This document shows positions 57,760 through 64,000 of a stretch of DNA of 64,000 nt, piece by piece. Each line of letters starts with the position of its first letter. The stretch's first letter is position 1. Where the stretch lies: NCBI GenBank assembly GCA_964431315.1, contig CAYSJH010000008.1, forward strand, positions 17,561-81,560, read 5' to 3'. The notes below the pieces were generated by a model. That model did no database searches, had not been told where the DNA came from, and worked only from the letters and a program-made list of their open reading frames with translations. The translations under genes and the position numbers were made by a program. The DNA is from an uncultured Bacteroides sp. Lineage in GTDB: Bacteria > Bacteroidota > Bacteroidia > Bacteroidales > SM23-62.

Positions 57760-59142
57760 TCAGAAACTGTATTTCAATTCAAAATATCCTCCCTTAAAGA
57801 CCGGGGCGATCAGTTTATAACGGGTGTTCTCGGGTCCCTCGAAATACTGTCCCCCCACACTGAGTTTAAGGTTGTCCGTCACATCCCATGCCAGCCTGGG
57901 CAGCACGCTCCATTCCTCCGTGGTGAAATTGTACAGCCCGAACACTTCCAGGCTGCTCACCCCGTGAAAAACGGAAAGCGCTGGCCGGAGTGCAAGGGTA
58001 TGGGAGAGCGCGTTGGTCTGGTCAAAGATGACCCGGTTAAATGCCGCCACCTGCTGTTCAAGCATGGGGCCCATCATGGCCCATACGGCCGGGTTCTGGA
58101 TCTGCTGCGGGTCAATTTCCGGGATCCTTGCCTGCACCGGCATCTCGGTAAAATCGAATACGTATTGTCCCATGTACATGGCCATCATGGAAAAATTCCC
58201 GAATGCCCTCTCCGCTTCCAGCACATAGCGCAGGTCCCGCTTCGGGGCAAAAACCTCGTTCCGGTAACCCACCGCAGGATCCCTCAGAGCAGCCTCCCCC
58301 CGGACTCCAAAAGATCCCAATCCACAAGAAAAATCGAGTCCGAGGGTCTGCTGCCTGAAGGCCCTGGCATACATGTCAATAATCAAGTCCCCCGCCGGGG
58401 ACCCGGGAATATCCCCGGGTTGTATGCCGGGCATCGGATCAAAGCCGTTGAACCAGGACAATGATCCGTCAAACCGGTCAAATAAAAAGTCAATTTTTGC
58501 AGCCACCGAGCCGTTCTTTAAGACGGCATCCGGAAGCGGACTTTCCGAGAACCTCACATAGGATGGCATTTCGAAAAGATCAAAACGGTAAACCGAGTAC
58601 CGGTACCTGGGAACCCAGACCGCTTCGAGCCGGAGCCTCCGGAAAACATTATAGCGCCCCCTTAACAGGAAATTGCCAAGGCGCATGTCGTCCGGTTCGG
58701 GTGAGCGTACAAAATAATCCTGCGGGGTTAGGTTGTTGGTGGGATTCAGTACATCCGCCCTTCCCCAGGCAATGATCGCCTGTCCCGCACGCAATTCGAA
58801 TTTTCCCAGGTATAGATCCGCATACGCTTCCCTGAGGCTGAACTGGCTGATCCATTCATTGTATTCGTATCCGTTACGGAATCTCAGCTCTGAATAGAGC
58901 CGTCCGCGCGAACCGGTAAGCGCACTGATCTTCAGTGCGGCTTCACCATACCCGCTTTTGATCTCGGACCCGGATGGAGCGGCATATTCTCCCAGGTACA
59001 GTACACCCCTTCCGTACCCGTTCAGGCGGAACGGAAGCGGACCGCCATCGGCCGGGTTACCCGCATTCTCAAATAAGTCCTGCGCCGTACCCGAGGCAGG
59101 AATCATCAATGCGAACAATAATCCCGGGATCTGAAATTTCAT
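57760..59142 (-). CDS. Hypothetical outer-membrane beta-barrel protein
   Basis: 460 aa with a signal peptide (ALMIPASGTAQ). It shows alternating amphipathic beta-strand-like sequence and the OMP-type C-terminus YFELKYSF. It is the first gene of the barrel-MMPL-LolA-like block. Confidence 0.72.
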   Translation of the reverse strand: MKFQIPGLLFALMIPASGTAQDLFENAGNPADGGPLPFRLNGYGRGVLYLGEYAAPSGSEIKSGYGEAALKISALTGSRGRLYSELRFRNGYEYNEWISQFSLREAYADLYLGKFELRAGQAIIAWGRADVLNPTNNLTPQDYFVRSPEPDDMRLGNFLLRGRYNVFRRLRLEAVWVPRYRYSVYRFDLFEMPSYVRFSESPLPDAVLKNGSVAAKIDFLFDRFDGSLSWFNGFDPMPGIQPGDIPGSPAGDLIIDMYARAFRQQTLGLDFSCGLGSFGVRGEAALRDPAVGYRNEVFAPKRDLRYVLEAERAFGNFSMMAMYMGQYVFDFTEMPVQARIPEIDPQQIQNPAVWAMMGPMLEQQVAAFNRVIFDQTNALSHTLALRPALSVFHGVSSLEVFGLYNFTTEEWSVLPRLAWDVTDNLKLSVGGQYFEGPENTRYKLIAPVFKGGYFELKYSF

Positions 59143-59255
59143 GGTAATCCAATTTTGAAAAATGGCCTTGGTTCAGCAGTGGTCAGGGAAGATAACAGGT
59201 CTGGGCTTATACAATATTACAACATGGAAAAACCAAAAGCGTCCAAACCGCTCAG

Positions 59256-59288
59256 AGCGGATAGCGGATTTGTCCAGGCTTAGCGGAT
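59256..59288 (-). promoter_or_regulatory. Three AGCGGAT direct repeats (two in tandem) in the control region of the barrel-MMPL-LolA-like block
   Basis: AGCGGAT occurs at 59256-59262, 59263-59269 and 59282-59288. GTCCA occurs at 59241 and 59272. The region lies between the AraC-family gene and the operon start. Confidence 0.3.
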
Positions 59289-59358
59289 CATACAGCCAAC
59301 GTACTGGAAATGTGACCACTCGCCGGTCGACCGGTCCCGGATGATCCGGAGGAGGTTC

Positions 59359-60516
59359 TTATTTTGAAGGGCTCTTTTCGGTCCCGTCCCTCATATAGGT
59401 ATCCTTGAACTGGCTGGGGGTCATACCCGTAGAATTTTTAAATATGCTGTTGAAGGAGGACTTGGAATTGAATCCGGCCTCGTAGGCTATGGAGGTGAGG
59501 GTGTATCTGGAATATTCATCGTTGACCAGGAGCTTTTTAACTTCCTGGATCCGGTACTCGTTGATGAAGGTATAAAAATTCTTGCCCAGGAGCCCGTTAA
59601 TGACCTGGGTCAGGTAGTGCCGGGGGATATTGAGTTCCGCTGAAATATCGTGAATGGTGAGGTCCACCTCCAGGTAAGGCTTTTTTTCTTCCATATATTT
59701 CAGGACCTTCTGCAGGTACCGCTGGGCATCCTTATCCTTTAGCCCTGACCGTTCGTATTTCGTTTCCTGCACCGGAGTCCTGGGCGATCCCTTCTTGTAG
59801 GTCCTGTGTTCGGTAAGAATCTCGTTGAATATGCCCGGTTGCTTGAATCCGTAAAAACTGAAGGCAAAGGCGAAGAAGGTCAGGCCGAAATAGGACGGGA
59901 GTGAAGGATCATATTCCGGGTCCCGCGCAAAAATAATGTACACCCCCAGGATAAAAACAGCGACGTAAGTGACGTAAAAACTTATCGAAATGACCAGCAG
60001 CCAGCTGAGGGTGATCTTGCCGGAGGTAAAGCTTGCCAGGTTCTGGATGTTTTTCTGGTGCCGGTTGATCAACACGAATGCAATGGTGCTATATGTAGTA
60101 ATGGAAATGAAGAATGAAAGACCGTAGATCAGCCGGAAAGAAAGAAATGGGTCTGCATTCCAGAAATCATCCAGCCGCATGACCGGCCGGCCGTGAAAAA
60201 CGATGGCGGTTGTAAAAACAGCCAGGAATGGAATGAAGTGAAGGCTGTATCTCCACCTGAACCGGATGTTCTCTGTTGTCTGGAACTTTATGTAAAGGTA
60301 AAGCAGCGGTCCGTAGGTGAAGGGGATAAAAACATATTCGAAGAGGGGGATAATGCTTGCATTTACGATGGCAAAACCCATTTCTATCGCGATCAGGAAA
60401 AGCCAGGCCGCAAGTATCCTGTCTGCTACCTGCGGATTCCGCTTGGTGGCGATCATCAATCCCGCGAAAAAGGATTGGGAAAGACCTACATATAGTATTT
60501 CATGCATTTTTAACAA
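59359..60516 (-). CDS. AraC-family transcriptional regulator with N-terminal multi-TM membrane domain
   Basis: 385 aa. About 230 aa of hydrophobic helices are followed by a C-terminal AraC HTH pair (IHDISAELNIPRHYLTQVIN; LTSIAYEAGFNSKSSFNSIFK). Confidence 0.88.
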   Translation of the reverse strand: MLKMHEILYVGLSQSFFAGLMIATKRNPQVADRILAAWLFLIAIEMGFAIVNASIIPLFEYVFIPFTYGPLLYLYIKFQTTENIRFRWRYSLHFIPFLAVFTTAIVFHGRPVMRLDDFWNADPFLSFRLIYGLSFFISITTYSTIAFVLINRHQKNIQNLASFTSGKITLSWLLVISISFYVTYVAVFILGVYIIFARDPEYDPSLPSYFGLTFFAFAFSFYGFKQPGIFNEILTEHRTYKKGSPRTPVQETKYERSGLKDKDAQRYLQKVLKYMEEKKPYLEVDLTIHDISAELNIPRHYLTQVINGLLGKNFYTFINEYRIQEVKKLLVNDEYSRYTLTSIAYEAGFNSKSSFNSIFKNSTGMTPSQFKDTYMRDGTEKSPSK

Positions 60517-60598
60517 ATTTAATAAGGAATTTATATTATTTAAATGTTGTGCCTTTTGAAATATTTCTTATTATTGAACCATGATCTGAGTAGCCAAA

Positions 60599-60925
60599 AT
60601 GAAGAAGAAGGTCATTAAGGACTATAAAAACCTTCCGGAAGAGATCCGTGAGGCCATTAAGGAAAAATACCCGCAGGGGTATCTTCATCATATCATCACT
60701 TTTTTCAACCAGGATAAACAGCTTATTTCAGCCCTGCCTTATGAGACCGATGAGATCAGTTACCTGATCAAAATGCCTTCCTCCCTCCACCTGAACGATG
60801 AAGACGAAGACACCGACACCAACACCGACGCCGACATCTCGAATTTCCCCGAAGGCGACAACCTGGAAGATCTGGATGAGGAAAGTTACCTGATCCAGGA
60901 AGAGGAAGAAGAAGAATCGGATTGA
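60599..60925 (+). CDS. Small hypothetical protein with a strongly acidic C-terminal tail
   Basis: 108 aa. It has a ~60-aa N-terminal globular-looking part followed by a D/E-rich tail (NDEDEDTDTNTDAD...EEEEEESD). No family recognised. Confidence 0.6.
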   Translation: MKKKVIKDYKNLPEEIREAIKEKYPQGYLHHIITFFNQDKQLISALPYETDEISYLIKMPSSLHLNDEDEDTDTNTDADISNFPEGDNLEDLDEESYLIQEEEEEESD

Positions 60926-61032
60926 TCGTGGTTGAAACATTAGTTTTCTTATCTCCCCCAGATTTTATATTTTCATTCATGATTTCATGGCCTGTGACAC
61001 ATGGAAACACCTGATTATTAATTGAGCAGCAA

Positions 61033-63519
61033 ATGAAAAGGTTCTTTTTTCAGATTTTCCTGCTGATCCTGTTCCTCAATGGTTCCTTTCTGCGGGTGAA
61101 CGGGCAGGAGCCTGCATCCCAGGATACGGTCGAGGCAAAAATCCAGCCCATCCCGGTTACGAATATCATCATACAGGCCACCCAGGTCAACACCCTGCTT
61201 CGCGAGAAGCGTGCCCTGCTGCTCACGGAACAGCAAAAACTGCAGTTATCTTCAAGGACCGATACCCTGCGTTTCAGGCTGGCCCTTCTCAGGGAGGATC
61301 CTCGTATCCATAAAACAGAAGTGCTCACGCTCAGGAGCCTGGAAAATATGCAATCGGAATGGTCATTCCTGAATAACCAGCTTGTTTCAGAGCAACAGAA
61401 ACTCAACGGACTGCTGCAGGAAATTGAAAAACAGCGAAAGGAAATTGCCTGGTTACTCTCGAGATGGGAACTGACCTCTGAAAACGTGAACAAGGAATCG
61501 GCTGCCCAGCTGGTCGTTCACCAGGTCGATGTAACCCTCGCGGACATCCGGGAGACACACTCCCTCTTCATCTCGGATTCAAAGTTCATCCAGGAATTAC
61601 TCGTGGTGATTTCCGCCAGGGTGATATTCTCCAATGAGATACTCGGTACGATCCTTCAGTCCAAACAGGAAGTCACCAGGGACCTTCTGAGCATTGACGG
61701 TGACCCGATATGGAAAAAACTGAAGCAAAAGAAGGATTCAACCTTCGTCTTCAGGGAAGAACGTTCCGTGGTTGAAGATTCCGCTCTCGGATTCAGGGAT
61801 TTTTACAGCCAGTATTCACTTCGCATATGGTTGCACCTGGTCCTTTCACTGACGATCATAATCGGGGTTTTCATTATATTCCGTACCCTCAGTCATACCA
61901 TACCCGATTCGGACACCCCTGAAATCAACGCTGTAAAAAACATTACCAACCGGCCGCTGGCATCCGGCTGGCTGGTTTCGGTTCTCCTTTCTTTCGTCTT
62001 ATATCCCAGCAACCTGCCGGATGCGGTGGCCCTTCTTATTGCACTGCTTCTTGTCCCCCCTGCTGTCGTGGTCCTCAGGGCCGTCATAACGGGAGAAGCG
62101 AGGACCTACATCTACCTGCCGCTCATTGCCATCATCATGGTGGAACTCAACCGGATGGGTTATTCGGAAACCCTGATCAGCAGGCTTTCACTCATGCTCA
62201 TCACCCTGTTCAGTATCCTCCCCCTGGCCCTTATTTTCGGAAGGAAATCGCAACGAAACATCATTAACAGGGTACGTTACGGCAGGTTCCTGGTCATTGT
62301 CAGCTTTATAGCATTTATTTTACTGGTCATCGCTTTTTTCGCCAACATTGCCGGGGCGGTCACGCTCGCTGAATTCCTGACCTATTCGGTGATCGAGAGT
62401 GCAACCGTTACCCTGTTCCTGTACGCCTTCGTAGCCATCCTCCACAGCATCATAACCACAATCGTTCACAGCAAATATCTTCAGAAGTCGAGCATACTCA
62501 GCCAGTACCAGGCTTTGATCTTCAAACGGCTGAAGGGCATCATCAACCTGATCGCAATCGTACTGCTTGTCAACTTCATCTGCCGGATCTTCAACATCTG
62601 GGATCCGGTGTATACGTGGCTGAAAACGGTTTTTTCATACAACATCAAGGTAGGGTCCATGGAATTCTCACTCTGGAATATCACCCTGTTCCTGTTGATC
62701 ATCTGGCTGACCCTCTGGATCAGCCGTATTCTCAGGACCTTTTTCGAGACGGAAGCCGCCCTGCGTGACCGCATGCGCAAGGGTGCCCCCGGGGCGGTGT
62801 CCCTGCTGCTCAGGATTACCATCATAACCATAGGTTTCTTGCTGGCCGTTGCTGCAGCAGGCTTAAAATTGGATAAGCTCACCCTCCTCCTGGGAGCCTT
62901 CGGTGTGGGTATCGGTTTTGGCCTTCAGAATATCTTCAACAACCTGGTTTCCGGGATCATCATTGCATTCGAGCGCCCGATCAAGGACGGAGACATCATC
63001 GAGGTCGGAACCCTGCTGGGGGTTGTTAAGGAGATCGGCATCCGCTCGAGCATTATAAAGACCTATGAAGGGTCCGAGGTGATCGTCCCCAACGGGAACC
63101 TGATCTCCAACGAGCTGATCAACTGGACCCGTTCGGATATGCACCGGCGCGGGGAGGTTAGCGTTGGGGTGGCATACGGAACGGACCCCCGAACGGTGAT
63201 CAGTCTTCTGCTGGAAACGGCGCGGAATTTCGACCAGGTGCTTCCGGATCCCGAACCCGTTGCCCTTTTTACGGGTTTCGGGGACAGCTCCCTGGATTTC
63301 CGCCTGCTTTTCTGGATCCCCGATGCGGACAGCCGGCTGATCATTCAGAGCGAAATGAGCGTTCGCGTGAACCAGGCCATCGTGGATGCCGGCATTACGA
63401 TTCCTTTCCCGCAGCAGGACCTGCATGTCAAATCCGTGGATACACAGATCCTTGACAGGGTAAAAGCCCAGGACGAGGTTGCCCGTAAACAGATGGGAAA
63501 TCCCCCTTCCGAAAAATAG
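61033..63519 (+). CDS. Mechanosensitive ion channel, MscK/KefA-like (large MscS family)
   Basis: 828 aa. Signal peptide, a periplasmic coiled-coil region and multiple TM helices, then the MscS core (GVGIGFGLQNIFNNLVSGIIIAFERPIKDGDIIEV) and beta-domain. Confidence 0.9.
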   Translation: MKRFFFQIFLLILFLNGSFLRVNGQEPASQDTVEAKIQPIPVTNIIIQATQVNTLLREKRALLLTEQQKLQLSSRTDTLRFRLALLREDPRIHKTEVLTLRSLENMQSEWSFLNNQLVSEQQKLNGLLQEIEKQRKEIAWLLSRWELTSENVNKESAAQLVVHQVDVTLADIRETHSLFISDSKFIQELLVVISARVIFSNEILGTILQSKQEVTRDLLSIDGDPIWKKLKQKKDSTFVFREERSVVEDSALGFRDFYSQYSLRIWLHLVLSLTIIIGVFIIFRTLSHTIPDSDTPEINAVKNITNRPLASGWLVSVLLSFVLYPSNLPDAVALLIALLLVPPAVVVLRAVITGEARTYIYLPLIAIIMVELNRMGYSETLISRLSLMLITLFSILPLALIFGRKSQRNIINRVRYGRFLVIVSFIAFILLVIAFFANIAGAVTLAEFLTYSVIESATVTLFLYAFVAILHSIITTIVHSKYLQKSSILSQYQALIFKRLKGIINLIAIVLLVNFICRIFNIWDPVYTWLKTVFSYNIKVGSMEFSLWNITLFLLIIWLTLWISRILRTFFETEAALRDRMRKGAPGAVSLLLRITIITIGFLLAVAAAGLKLDKLTLLLGAFGVGIGFGLQNIFNNLVSGIIIAFERPIKDGDIIEVGTLLGVVKEIGIRSSIIKTYEGSEVIVPNGNLISNELINWTRSDMHRRGEVSVGVAYGTDPRTVISLLLETARNFDQVLPDPEPVALFTGFGDSSLDFRLLFWIPDADSRLIIQSEMSVRVNQAIVDAGITIPFPQQDLHVKSVDTQILDRVKAQDEVARKQMGNPPSEK

Positions 63520-63686
63520 GTCCTGATAAAACCGGCCTGGAATCGTTTAGCATTGGGATACGTCGTCCTTGTGATAATCCTGGAAAGTTTTTACCTGCAC
63601 TGCAAATGAGATTAATAATTCAATATTATCAATATTTTGACGATAATTCCATATTTTAAGGGTCTGCATTCCATAACTGATTTTCA

Positions 63687-64000
63687 ATGAAACTGGTCAC
63701 GATCGACTTCATCATCCTCGCAGTTTTTTTCTGCATCGTACTTTTCATCGGATACACAGCTTCAAAAAGGGCGGGGAAAGATACCGCCGAATTCTTTTTA
63801 GGGGGAAGGGGAATGCCATGGTGGCTGCTGGGTATCTCCATGGTCGCCTGCACCTTCTCGGCCGATACGCCCAACCTGGTGACCGGGATGGTCCGCGAGG
63901 ACGGGGTTGCCAAGAACTGGGCCTGGTGGGCCTTTCTTATCACGGGAATGGTGACCGTGTTCATTTATGCCCGCCTCTGGCGCCGGTCGAGTGTCATGAC
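63687..64000 (+). CDS. Sodium:solute symporter (SSS) family transporter, N-terminal part; it continues past the window end
   Basis: The ATG 63687 frame is open to base 64000. The translation is MKLVTIDFIILAVFFCIVLFIGYTASKRAGKDTAEFFLGGRGMPWWLLGISMVA..FSADTP, the typical SSS N-terminus. It is not in the ORF track because no stop is reached. The listed minus-strand ORF 63656..63964 is its antisense shadow. Confidence 0.8.
   Translation, partial: MKLVTIDFIILAVFFCIVLFIGYTASKRAGKDTAEFFLGGRGMPWWLLGISMVACTFSADTPNLVTGMVREDGVAKNWAWWAFLITGMVTVFIYARLWRRSSVM

Noticed and set aside
56760-58464. 345-aa (56760..57797) and 274-aa (57640..58464) plus-strand ORFs
   Set aside because: They are antisense to the MMPL transporter and the outer-membrane barrel genes. 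Their translations are H/D/G/P-rich and lack TM or domain features, whereas the minus-strand products are coherent.
63656-63964. 102-aa minus-strand ORF at the window end
   Set aside because: The plus strand here encodes a textbook sodium:solute symporter N-terminus starting at 63687. That ORF is missing from the track only because it has no stop within the window.
1-64000. Search for mobile genetic element or defence-island hallmarks (transposase, integrase, recombinase, phage, toxin-antitoxin, restriction-modification, reverse transcriptase, tRNA attachment sites)
   Set aside because: None of the translated ORFs shows such motifs and no tRNA gene is present. The only mobile-element-like signal is the protein-less palindromic repeat, reported separately.

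Overview
This is a densely coding chromosomal segment with clear Bacteroidota hallmarks: a fused LpxC/FabZ, a 2455-aa T9SS translocon SprA, a CarboxypepD_reg-type TonB-dependent receptor, a propeller/Y_Y_Y periplasmic sensor and exact TAnnTTTG -7 boxes. I can support about 50 protein genes, two of them truncated by the window edges. Most are housekeeping. They include rseP, tatA, gatA, pepA, pdxA, maeB, ruvA, sprA, gcvH, the rimP-nusA-infB operon, an HD-lpxD-lpxC/fabZ-lpxA block, thiL, sufBCDSE plus a DUF59 gene, queG and yjbQ. I saw no rRNA, tRNA, CRISPR array, transposase, integrase or phage gene. The signal least explained by the gene list is a ~142-nt imperfect palindromic core present twice (21671-21812 and 34470-34612). 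Each copy is nested inside its own unrelated perfect inverted repeats, so two whole intergenic regions can fold back over ~215-290 nt. Other points worth a second look: (1) two tandem duplications of start-codon regions (33071-33110 and 48554-48587) that each create a mini-uORF whose stop overlaps the next start (GTGA / ATGA); (2) a same-strand envelope cluster of TonB-dependent receptor, lipoprotein, secreted protein, propeller-PP2C sensor phosphatase and patatin-Omp85 protein; (3) an AmmeMemoRadiSam pair (radical SAM plus Memo-like) with no adjacent AMMECR1 gene and a HEAT-like gene in its place; (4) a Gfo/Idh/MocA, TIM-barrel and DUF1080 trio that fits a 3-keto-glycoside route, preceded by a short gene-remnant-like ORF; (5) an AraC, outer-membrane barrel, MMPL and LolA-like module with AGCGGAT direct repeats in its control region. 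All functional calls rest on my reading of the translations for motifs and family resemblance. No database search was run.
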